Shown piece after piece: positions 51,586-60,022 of a stretch of DNA of 64,000 nucleotides (positions are counted from its first letter, which is position 1; the number at the start of each line of letters is the position of its first letter). The notes below the pieces were generated by a model. It did no database searches. It saw only the letters and a program-made list of their open reading frames with translations, and was not told the DNA's origin. This DNA is from an uncultured Verrucomicrobiae bacterium (lineage in GTDB: Bacteria > Verrucomicrobiota > Verrucomicrobiia > Chthoniobacterales > UBA10450), in contig CAWFGO010000001.1 of the NCBI GenBank assembly GCA_963815455.1, positions 160,001-224,000 of the forward strand, read 5' to 3'. The position numbers were made by a program, and so were the translations under genes.

Positions 51586-52007
51586 TAGTATGTGCGCCAA
51601 TGCGCAAGTAGATACACCCAGTTCAGCGCCAGGACTGCGATCACGATAAAGCGGGCGTATTTCTTTTCCGCGCGGCTCCGGAATTCGATGCGCAGGCGCG
51701 GGGCGCGCATCACCAGGACAATTAATGCGTAAGCATTGAAGATCGACAATCCGCACAACGCGGAAAATACCAGCGGATTCCAGCGCAGAGAGAACAGAAA
51801 GTGTCCATGAAAAAATTGAATGGCGGAACGAGTCATGCCGCATGTCATGCACGGCAGGCCGGTCAGATCGTGAAAAGCGCAACGCGGCCACGGCAAGCCG
51901 AGCACGAACCAGCCCGCCGCCAGACCCAGCGAGGCGAGCGACGCGCTCAGCCAGATCAATTCATGATCGATTTCGTTCCTAGCCAGTCTGCGCGCCGCAA
52001 TCTGCAC
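51585..52007 (-). CDS. DUF2752 membrane protein
   Basis: C.FH.LTGLPC.TCGMTRS...G.....WNPL motif. Confidence 0.88.
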   Translation of the reverse strand: MQIAARRLARNEIDHELIWLSASLASLGLAAGWFVLGLPWPRCAFHDLTGLPCMTCGMTRSAIQFFHGHFLFSLRWNPLVFSALCGLSIFNAYALIVLVMRAPRLRIEFRSRAEKKYARFIVIAVLALNWVYLLAHWRTY

Positions 52008-52010
52008 AAC

Positions 52011-52898
52011 TCACTGATTCCAGTTGTGCTGCAAGGCTGCCATTCCACCAAACATGAACACCAGCAGCAAACCACCACCGCAACAAACAATGATCGGTAG
52101 GAAGACAGCCAGCGTGGCACGCCCGGTGTCGATCTCCTGGGCGCGGGCGAGCCCGATACAGTTTGCCACCAGAAACCAGACCAGCGCGATCAACCCGCCG
52201 CAACAGGGCACAAGTTGAAGCGGCGCCGTCGAACCTTGCGAAAATGCGATAACCCGAAACGTGGTCTCGAATGTCTTGTTAGCGCTCCCGATAAGCAGGA
52301 GCGACAAATGAACCAAGCCGGCAAAAATGAACGGCGCGACGGCTACCATCACCAGCCGCCACACGAATACCATGGAACTCACCGTCATCCCGAGCATGGG
52401 ACCAAACCTCCCTTCACGGGGAGTCAGAAGCCCAAGCGAATTAAACCCGAGCGAGAAAATGAACCAAACGATCACGCCGATCGCGCCGCCGATGACGGCG
52501 TAAATCAGCGGCTCACCAAGACCGCCCTCGGTCCGCATCACGGAGAAGGCCGTGCCGGGTTTAGTCAGGACCATCGTGAGCGTTTCAATGAACGCGTTGA
52601 AAAATCCGCGCTCGTGGCGGTGCTCCCAGGGCAGACCACTGCGCGGCGCGGGAGTTTCCGATGTCGATCCTCCGGCGGATGGAGTGGCCGTCGATGCTGC
52701 GGCAACTTGAGCGGGTGGCGCGGCCGGAGTTTCGCTGCCAAACTCGGGAAACTGCGAGAGTGGTTTCCAACTTGCCATCCCTTCCCGCCAGCCAAGATCG
52801 CTGGGAACAAAACGACCCGCCCGCAAACCTTCGCGAACGTCTTCCTCGGAAAATGCGCCCAGACTCGTTGCGCCCCGATTAACGTGGATCATTGCCAT
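52011..52898 (-). CDS. GYF_2 (DUF4339) + Yip1 domain membrane protein
   Basis: N-terminal G.F....V....G.....DL.WREGM..W.PL, an Ala/Pro linker, then LPWE and a 5-TM Yip1-like region. Confidence 0.82.
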   Translation of the reverse strand: MAMIHVNRGATSLGAFSEEDVREGLRAGRFVPSDLGWREGMASWKPLSQFPEFGSETPAAPPAQVAAASTATPSAGGSTSETPAPRSGLPWEHRHERGFFNAFIETLTMVLTKPGTAFSVMRTEGGLGEPLIYAVIGGAIGVIVWFIFSLGFNSLGLLTPREGRFGPMLGMTVSSMVFVWRLVMVAVAPFIFAGLVHLSLLLIGSANKTFETTFRVIAFSQGSTAPLQLVPCCGGLIALVWFLVANCIGLARAQEIDTGRATLAVFLPIIVCCGGGLLLVFMFGGMAALQHNWNQ

Positions 52899-52962
52899 AA
52901 TGCTTCGCTTCTAATAAGATGCGGCTGCAAAGTCAATCCGCGTCTCGCTGGCGCGTGCCCAT

Positions 52963-53598
52963 TTAATCAAACCGATTTGCCTTCTCAGGCTTATCCAAGG
53001 CCCGCCAGAAATACCATGCCGCCACCGAGCGATACGGCCGCCATTTTTCGCCGAGCTTTTCCAGTTGCTTCGGCGTGGGCAGTTTTCGTTTCCCAAAGGT
53101 CTTGGCGAATCCTTTTTGCACCCCGTAATCCGCCACCGGCCATACATCGGGACGCCCGAGATCGAAAAGCAAAAGCATCTCCGCCGTCCACCGGCCAATG
53201 CCGCGCACGGCTACTAGACGCTCGATGATTTCCTCATCGGACATTTTCTCCAACGCACGCGCCGAAGGCACCGTTCCGTCGATCGTTTTCGCCGCCAGAT
53301 CTTTGAGCGCGGCAACTTTGCTGCGGGATAAACCACAGGCGCGCAGTTTTTTGTCCGGGGTGCCGAGCACGAGCTTTGGATCGAGATTTTTCTTCTTCGG
53401 ATAAAGCGCGCGGACACGACCCCAGATCGTAGCCGCCGCTTTGCCGCTCAATTGTTGATAAGCAATGGATTCGGCCAGCGCGTCAAAAGGACGCAGGGAA
53501 AGCGATGGCGAGAGGTTAAACCGAACGGATCGCGCGATCAGCTCCGCCATTCGCGGATGACTGGCCGAGATGTGCCGGTGCGCTTTCTTGTGATCCAC
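52963..53598 (-). CDS. alkA: DNA-3-methyladenine glycosylase II (AlkA family)
   Basis: SIAYQQLSGKAA, GLSRSK, VRGIGRWTAEM, D.GVQ and WRPYRSVAAWYFW motifs. Confidence 0.9.
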   Translation of the reverse strand: MDHKKAHRHISASHPRMAELIARSVRFNLSPSLSLRPFDALAESIAYQQLSGKAAATIWGRVRALYPKKKNLDPKLVLGTPDKKLRACGLSRSKVAALKDLAAKTIDGTVPSARALEKMSDEEIIERLVAVRGIGRWTAEMLLLFDLGRPDVWPVADYGVQKGFAKTFGKRKLPTPKQLEKLGEKWRPYRSVAAWYFWRALDKPEKANRFD

Positions 53599-53638
53599 GC
53601 GACATAGTTAAAATGACGAATACCGAATGTCGAATGCA

Positions 53639-53752
53639 GTCATCCTGAGCGGAGTCGCCTGCCACGCCATAGCTGATGCGAAGGCGGGAGGAAGCCCGTA
53701 GCGTTAGCTTCAAGTTAACTCCACGGGATCCTTCGACTTCGCTCAGGATGAC
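53639..53752. repeat. GTCAT...ATGAC element with a nested 30-bp CCTGCCACGCCATAGC..GCGAAGGCGG unit
   Basis: GTCATCCTGAGCGGAGTCG[CCTGCCACGCCATAGCTGATGCGAAGGCGG]...GGATCCTTCGACTTCGCTCAGGATGAC. Confidence 0.8.
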
Positions 53753-53757
53753 CGCCC

Positions 53758-55491
53758 TCAGCCCCCTTCGCCTAAAGGAAACGAGGGAGATAACTGATCT
53801 CCTGGAGACAAATGCGCCGTGGCAAGAGGCGAGGCTGCGAATACTTTCTCCGGCTCGAGGCCAATTCTGCGGAGGATCGACAAAAATCTTTCGTCGGATC
53901 GCAGCGCCGCGAACTCGGGAGCGATGCCAGTAAGGTGCAACGATGACGAATGCTCCTCGCAGGCGCGTTCCAACTCGCGAATCGCGTCGTCGTGATCGTT
54001 CAGGGCGACGTGCACATGGGCAATGGCGTCGCCCGGCGTGTATCCTCGATTTGCCACCGCTGCTTCCAGCGTTTCCTGCGATTCCTTGCGCCGATTCATG
54101 CGGGCGTAGGTGATGGCCAGACCAAATCCGGTCCGGCCGCGCAAGCTCTCCGCCTTTTTGTAGAGGGCGATCGCTTCATCGAATCGGCCCATCTCGCGAT
54201 AAACCGCGGCCAGCAATGGTTCGCCATAAAGAAAGGTCGAATCGAGTTGCAAAGCGTGTTCGCCGGCGGCAATCGCTTCGTCGTTCAAGCCAAAATAACG
54301 ATAAAGTTCGCATGCGAAATTACTCACCCAAAGCGAGGCGGGATCGAACTTCGTGGTCCGCCCCAGATAGGTCAGCGCTTTTTCTCGGTCGCCGCGCGCG
54401 GCGTAAAATGCGGCGATGAAATAATTCGACGGCGTCGAATTTGGGTCGATGACAAAAGCACGTTTGTATTCGGCTTCCGCGCCATCGAGGTCCCAATCGA
54501 GAATCCGCTTCGCTTCCGCGAGATAGACGTGCGCTTCGGCCTCGTCGTTGTCGATCTTGATCGCGTTGAGCGCGGCTTCGCGCACTTTCGAATAAGCCTC
54601 TCGCGGCGGCATGTAGGCGTCGGCCAGCCAGAGCCACGCCTTGGCCGTTCCCGTCCAGGCCGGGGCGAATTGCGGATCTTTTTCGAGCGCCTGTTGGAAA
54701 AACTCCAGACTCTTTCGCAACGATTCCTCGGTGCTTTTGTCGGAATAAAAAAGGCCGTGCAAATAAATATCGTAAGCCTCAGTGCTGGGCACCAGCCGTG
54801 AGGCCGGCTGGGCCGCGATATCGAGTTTCAGTTTCAAGGCATCGACAATCGCGCGCGTGATTTCATCTTCGAGCGCGAAAATCCCCTGGAACTGGCGCTC
54901 GAATGTTTCCGACCAAAGAGTGAAGCCGTTGCAACAATCCGTTAACTCGGCCGTGATTCGCACGCGATTTCCGTCCCGGCGCACACTGCCTTCAAGCACG
55001 TGCTCGACGTTCAGCGCGTCGGCAATTTCCCTCACCGTCGCTTTCTTGTCCTTGAACCAGAACGAAGACCGCCTAGCCGCGACGCGCAAACCATCGATCT
55101 TGGCCAGCGCGCTCAGAATTTCCTCCGCGATGCCGTCTCCGAAATAATCCCGTTGTTCTCCCGAGGTGACGTCGCTAAAGGGCAGGACCGCGATCGATTT
55201 CTCGAACAGGTCCGCGGTTTCCGCACTGTCGATTCTCGGCTCCGGCGTCGCGTCCAGTGTGCGCACAACTCCATATCTCGTGAGATCGAAAAACCAGGAG
55301 AGAATCAGTGCGACCGGAAAACCGAGCACGATCAGGATCACGATGAGGCGAACGACCCAAATCGGAATATCGAACACCGGCAAGACCTGGGCGATCCCCT
55401 GGGCCAGGGCCCAGCCGGCGACCACGTAGGCGATCGCGACCGTGTAAACTCTTCTGCGCTTCAGCTCAGCGAAGAATTTCTTCGGGTTCAC
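53758..55491 (-). CDS. Membrane-anchored TolB-like + TPR protein
   Basis: FFAELKRRRVY with two TM segments, KSIAVLPF...VLEGSVRR and TPRs. Confidence 0.85.
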   Translation of the reverse strand: MNPKKFFAELKRRRVYTVAIAYVVAGWALAQGIAQVLPVFDIPIWVVRLIVILIVLGFPVALILSWFFDLTRYGVVRTLDATPEPRIDSAETADLFEKSIAVLPFSDVTSGEQRDYFGDGIAEEILSALAKIDGLRVAARRSSFWFKDKKATVREIADALNVEHVLEGSVRRDGNRVRITAELTDCCNGFTLWSETFERQFQGIFALEDEITRAIVDALKLKLDIAAQPASRLVPSTEAYDIYLHGLFYSDKSTEESLRKSLEFFQQALEKDPQFAPAWTGTAKAWLWLADAYMPPREAYSKVREAALNAIKIDNDEAEAHVYLAEAKRILDWDLDGAEAEYKRAFVIDPNSTPSNYFIAAFYAARGDREKALTYLGRTTKFDPASLWVSNFACELYRYFGLNDEAIAAGEHALQLDSTFLYGEPLLAAVYREMGRFDEAIALYKKAESLRGRTGFGLAITYARMNRRKESQETLEAAVANRGYTPGDAIAHVHVALNDHDDAIRELERACEEHSSSLHLTGIAPEFAALRSDERFLSILRRIGLEPEKVFAASPLATAHLSPGDQLSPSFPLGEGG

Positions 55492-55504
55492 GACTTACAG
55501 GCGG

Positions 55505-57553
55505 CTAATAAACCGTTTCTCGCTCCGGACCGGCGGCGAGTTTCTGGAACCGGGCATTTTTTCGCAGCGGATCCCATTGCCAGCGCAATTGCAGATCGTG
55601 CAGGGTCACGCTGGCGTCGGAGAAACCGACCGCCGCCGGCGTGGTAATAAGACGCTCGAGCAATTCCGTAGCCTGATCGGTATCGCCGGTCAGCGTGTAA
55701 ATCAAAGCCCGGACCGCGGCAAATTGCGCGCCGAGCAACGCGTCCTTACTCTCCGGCTTCAATTCAAGCGCGCGACGACCTTCGCGAATGGCGTCGTCCT
55801 TGCGACCAAGAAATGCGTAGGTCAATCCAAGCGCTGAATGCCGGCTGGCATCCTCGGGGCTCTCACGGACATATTTTTCCAAATCCCCGGCCGCCTGCTG
55901 GAACGGTCCTCGACTGCCGGGAATATCGCCGCGGGCGAACGCGATGCAGCCTTCCAGATACGACCTGGGGATAGGCGGCCCGCTCGGCACTGGAAATTCC
56001 CGCGAAGTAAGACCAGCCAGGAGTTGCGCGGCCCGGTCGAAATCGCGCCGCAACATGGCGAATTCCCATCTCACCAGCGCATTGCCGCCGTCGGGACCGT
56101 CGCCCGCGGGCAGCCTCTCCAGGATCGCCTCAGCCGCAGCGATATCGCCCGTCTCGAAAAATTCTACATATGCGCGCATCATCGTCGCAGTGGGAGAGGA
56201 AGGTGCGAGGCCCAGGAGACGATCGACCGTCGCTTTGCTTGCCGGCCAGTCGCGCAACATGAGATAGGTAAAGACCGTTTCCTGCATGATACCGCCGTTG
56301 CGTGGATCGACAGTTTGGGCGCGATTAAACTCGGTCAATGCATCGCGCCAGCGCCCTTGTCTCCTACGAATTGCCGCAGTTGTCATCGGCACGTCGGAGC
56401 TGTTCGGCAAAGTTCTGGCTGCAACGGCAAGCTCCTGCAATGCGGTCTCGTAATCGCCTTCGATCCAATAATACCAATGGGCCAGAGCAACATGCGCCTC
56501 TCCCAGATCGGGATCGAGGCGCAAGGCGGCCTCGGCCTCCACCCGGGCCCGTCGCTTGCGATCCTCGGTCGGCTCGAATTCATGATAAACGTTCGCGATC
56601 GCGGAGGAGAGCCTGGCCCTGGCCAGGGCGAACTTTGGATCGAGGGCCACGGCTTTGACGTACGATTCTTCGATTTCCTTGAATAAACCGGGCGAAACAT
56701 CCGGACTCATCTCGAGCTCAAGCCCCTTTAAATAAAGAGTGTACGCGTCCGGGCTGGTCGTTGGCTTCGTTTCCACTCGCGCCTTTTCCTGCGGGCTCAG
56801 AGTTGCGCGAAGAGCGGACGCGATCTCGGTGGCAAGCTGGCCTTGCAGCGAGATCACATCTTCCATGGTCCGATCGTATCGATCGGCCCAGATATGACGA
56901 TCGTTGAGCGCATCGATCAATTGCACGTTTACCAGGACGCGATTACTCACCCGGCGCACGCTTCCCTCCAAAACATTGGTCACGCCCAGCGAACGCGCGA
57001 TGTCGCGCAGATTGCGCGCTTCGCCGCCGCGATACCCCATGACCGATGTGCGACTGATGACTTTCAAATCCCGGATCTTCGCCAGGCTCGTAAGAATGTC
57101 ATCCTGAATACCGTTGGCAAAGAACGTGTCCGCCTTGTCGTCGCTGTAGTTTTCAAATGGCAGAACCGCGATCGATTTTTCCGCTGCCACACTGCCATCC
57201 GAACCCGGAGCGGTGTAACGTCCGAGAAAGAACAGCCCGATCGAAAGCGCCGCGCCCACCAGAACGATGTAGATCCAGGCGCCGCCGCGGGTGTGTTTTT
57301 GTCCAGGATCGACATCCTCCGCGCGCTTAAATCCTTCCGGCGTTATTTCGAAGGCCCAGGCGATGACCAACGCGATCGGAAATCCGACGACGATCAGCAA
57401 GACCACCAGCCGCACTGCCCAATTCGGAATTTCGAAAAATGGGAAAACCTGCGTTGCGACCTGAATAATCAGCCAGCCAATAATTGCATAGGCCGCGGCG
57501 ACTTTGTAAACGTTGCGCCGTTTCAGCTCGACCAAGAATTGCTTCGGATTCAC
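55505..57553 (-). CDS. Membrane-anchored TolB-like + TPR protein
   Basis: FLVELKRRNVYK with three TM segments, KSIAVLPFEN...KVISRTS, TPRs and WDPLR..ARFQ. Confidence 0.85.
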   Translation of the reverse strand: MNPKQFLVELKRRNVYKVAAAYAIIGWLIIQVATQVFPFFEIPNWAVRLVVLLIVVGFPIALVIAWAFEITPEGFKRAEDVDPGQKHTRGGAWIYIVLVGAALSIGLFFLGRYTAPGSDGSVAAEKSIAVLPFENYSDDKADTFFANGIQDDILTSLAKIRDLKVISRTSVMGYRGGEARNLRDIARSLGVTNVLEGSVRRVSNRVLVNVQLIDALNDRHIWADRYDRTMEDVISLQGQLATEIASALRATLSPQEKARVETKPTTSPDAYTLYLKGLELEMSPDVSPGLFKEIEESYVKAVALDPKFALARARLSSAIANVYHEFEPTEDRKRRARVEAEAALRLDPDLGEAHVALAHWYYWIEGDYETALQELAVAARTLPNSSDVPMTTAAIRRRQGRWRDALTEFNRAQTVDPRNGGIMQETVFTYLMLRDWPASKATVDRLLGLAPSSPTATMMRAYVEFFETGDIAAAEAILERLPAGDGPDGGNALVRWEFAMLRRDFDRAAQLLAGLTSREFPVPSGPPIPRSYLEGCIAFARGDIPGSRGPFQQAAGDLEKYVRESPEDASRHSALGLTYAFLGRKDDAIREGRRALELKPESKDALLGAQFAAVRALIYTLTGDTDQATELLERLITTPAAVGFSDASVTLHDLQLRWQWDPLRKNARFQKLAAGPERETVY

Positions 57554-59937
57554 GGATTCTTCCCCGCGATTAGTTTTTGAAATTCAGGATCTTTACGCAG
57601 CGGGTCCCATTCCCAGCGCAATTTTAAATCGCTCAAAGTGATGCTGTAGTTTGCGGTATCCACCGCTCCGGGAACGGCCAGGAGATGTCGAAGCAATTCG
57701 ATCGCGCGACCGTTTTCGCCGACACGCGCGTAAATCAAAGCCAGCACCGCGTTCAAGATGGTGCCATCGAGCGCATCCTGCCATTCGGGCCGTAGCTCGA
57801 CCGCGCGGTTGCCTTCCTGGATCGCGCGCTGTTTTTCTCCCAGCAAAGCACAGGTCAACCCGAGGAACGCGTGGCGCTCGGGCACATCCGGGGCTTCTTG
57901 TAGCGCTGCGGCGAAAAAGTCGCGGGCTTTCGCCAGCTCCGCGCGGGCCGTAGGGTGATCGCCCCGCATCAATGCGATCTCCCCGACAAAGAAACTCCGA
58001 GGTGTATCAACGCTGTTGTAGTAGGAAAATGTGTCCAGCGGCGAACTCTGCAAAATACGCTCGGCCGCAGCCGGATCGCGATCGATCAGGCTCGCGTCGA
58101 TTCGGAACGCGGTCACCGCGCCATCCGGGTCTTTGCCGGCGGAAACACTGGCCATTTCGCTCTTCAGGCGCGCCGTAGCGCCTTTCGCCCAAAACTCGAC
58201 GTAGCCCATTTGGGCCTTGGCGTTTACCGAGTTCGGCGTCAAGGCCAGAAGGCGGCTCGCGATTTCTTCAGTCTTCGGCCAGTCGCGCATGGCGCAGTAA
58301 ACGTAAAGGAGATCGCGCAGGATGTTCGCATTCTGCGGATCGAGCAGAAGAATCTGGTGATAATCGGCGGCCACTTCCTGCCACCGGCCCTGGCGGCGTT
58401 TGATGGCGGCAATGTGCCAGGCAATTTCGCTATCGTTAGGCAGGATCGATTGAGCGATGGCAAACTCCCGCAACGCGCCTTCGTAATCGCGTTCAAACCA
58501 ATAATGGCAAAGTCCGAGAGCGTGATGCCCTTCTCCGAGACCCGGCTCAAGTTGCAGAGATGTCTCCGCTTCGTCACGGGCCCGTTTCTCCCACACCTCG
58601 GTCGGCTCGTAGAAGTGATAGATGCGGGCACAAGTCGTGGCCAGTCCCGCGTGAGCCAGCGCGAATTCTGGATCGAGGGTGATGGCTTGCATGTAAAGCT
58701 GCTCCGCCGTGCGATAATCCTGGAGAAAGTTGTCGGGCTTAAATTCGTACTGCCGAGCCTGGAGATAAAGCTCGTAAGCCTGGGAATTGTTCGTCGGCTT
58801 CCGCTCGAACCGCGCCTTTTCTTCAGGAGTTAGCGTGGCCTGAAGCGCATCGGCGATTTCCCGGGCCAGGCGACCCTGGAGTCCCAGCGAGTTGTTAATC
58901 GTCTCGTCGTAGCGATTGGCCCAGAGATGTCGATCCTGTTCCGCATCGATCAGCTGCGCGTTGACCACTACCCGGTTCCCTTCCCGGCGCACGCTTCCTT
59001 CCAGCACGTTGGCCACTCCCAGCTCCTTGGCGATCTCACGCAGATTGCTTCCCTTGTAACGGCCGCGATACTTCTCCACCGACGTCCGGCTGATCACTCG
59101 CAGATCGTGGATCTTGGCCAGACCGGTCAGGATGTCGTCCTGAATTCCCTCGGCGAAAAATCCCGTCTCCTTATCGTCGCTGAAATTCTCGAAGGGAAGA
59201 ACCGCGATCGACTTGTCCGGCGTCCCGCCGAGCCAGCTGATCGAATGACTCCTCCAAAGCCAGCCAGCCACGTTGAGGATAACGACAACCACGAGAGCCA
59301 TCGCGGCGCGCCAGCCAAAGCGGACCCAGCGCGCTTTCTTCGCAGTAGTTGTCGCCGTCATAAGTTTTGCCGGCAATTCCGGGTTTCCGAAGTCCGGGCC
59401 ATGCAAGTTGAACAAGTGGACTTTGACGTCGTGCTTTACAGAGCACTCGCCGATGTCGTGCACGTGGGGCTGCCACTCGCGAAATTGCCCGATGTCCTCC
59501 GCCACGCGATGCGAGAGAAGGATGTGTCCGGCGTCGCCACAATCCATCACTCGTTGGGCCAGGTTGATTCCCGCCCCGGCCACATTCGTTCCTGCATCGA
59601 CATCCTCGACGTGCGTGACCGGTCCACTGTGAATTCCCATTCGTATGGGAAGATCCGGATCGAGCGCGCGAAGGGCGCGAGTGATTTCCAGCGCGCATCG
59701 AACAGGCGCTTCCGGGGTTGTGAAAAAAATGAGGGCCACGCCATCACCCGTCTGCAATCGCACTAGCTTCCCAACGGCTTCAGCTGCTTTTACTTCGTTG
59801 CTGGCGCGCACAACGGCGTTCAATGCCCGCACCGCCGCCTGTTGATCGTCGATGAGTAATTTCGAATAACCGACAACGTCGATGAGCAGGACGTGCGCGA
59901 TCTCCAGCTTTGCTGCTGGTGAGTTCCGGTCGGTCAT
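57550..59937 (-). CDS. Class III nucleotidyl cyclase + TM + TolB-like + TPR protein
   Basis: HVLLIDVVGYS, TGDG, RMGIHSG, GINLAQRV, KSIAVLPF and TPRs. Paralog of the gene at 24950. Confidence 0.88.
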   Translation of the reverse strand: MTDRNSPAAKLEIAHVLLIDVVGYSKLLIDDQQAAVRALNAVVRASNEVKAAEAVGKLVRLQTGDGVALIFFTTPEAPVRCALEITRALRALDPDLPIRMGIHSGPVTHVEDVDAGTNVAGAGINLAQRVMDCGDAGHILLSHRVAEDIGQFREWQPHVHDIGECSVKHDVKVHLFNLHGPDFGNPELPAKLMTATTTAKKARWVRFGWRAAMALVVVVILNVAGWLWRSHSISWLGGTPDKSIAVLPFENFSDDKETGFFAEGIQDDILTGLAKIHDLRVISRTSVEKYRGRYKGSNLREIAKELGVANVLEGSVRREGNRVVVNAQLIDAEQDRHLWANRYDETINNSLGLQGRLAREIADALQATLTPEEKARFERKPTNNSQAYELYLQARQYEFKPDNFLQDYRTAEQLYMQAITLDPEFALAHAGLATTCARIYHFYEPTEVWEKRARDEAETSLQLEPGLGEGHHALGLCHYWFERDYEGALREFAIAQSILPNDSEIAWHIAAIKRRQGRWQEVAADYHQILLLDPQNANILRDLLYVYCAMRDWPKTEEIASRLLALTPNSVNAKAQMGYVEFWAKGATARLKSEMASVSAGKDPDGAVTAFRIDASLIDRDPAAAERILQSSPLDTFSYYNSVDTPRSFFVGEIALMRGDHPTARAELAKARDFFAAALQEAPDVPERHAFLGLTCALLGEKQRAIQEGNRAVELRPEWQDALDGTILNAVLALIYARVGENGRAIELLRHLLAVPGAVDTANYSITLSDLKLRWEWDPLRKDPEFQKLIAGKNP

Positions 59938-60022
59938 CTGGGGTTAGACTTCAGCAACGCTACTTAAGACAGCGACTCACCCTTTCACAAGCGGAAGCTG
60001 GCCGGTGATGCTATTTTGGCCG

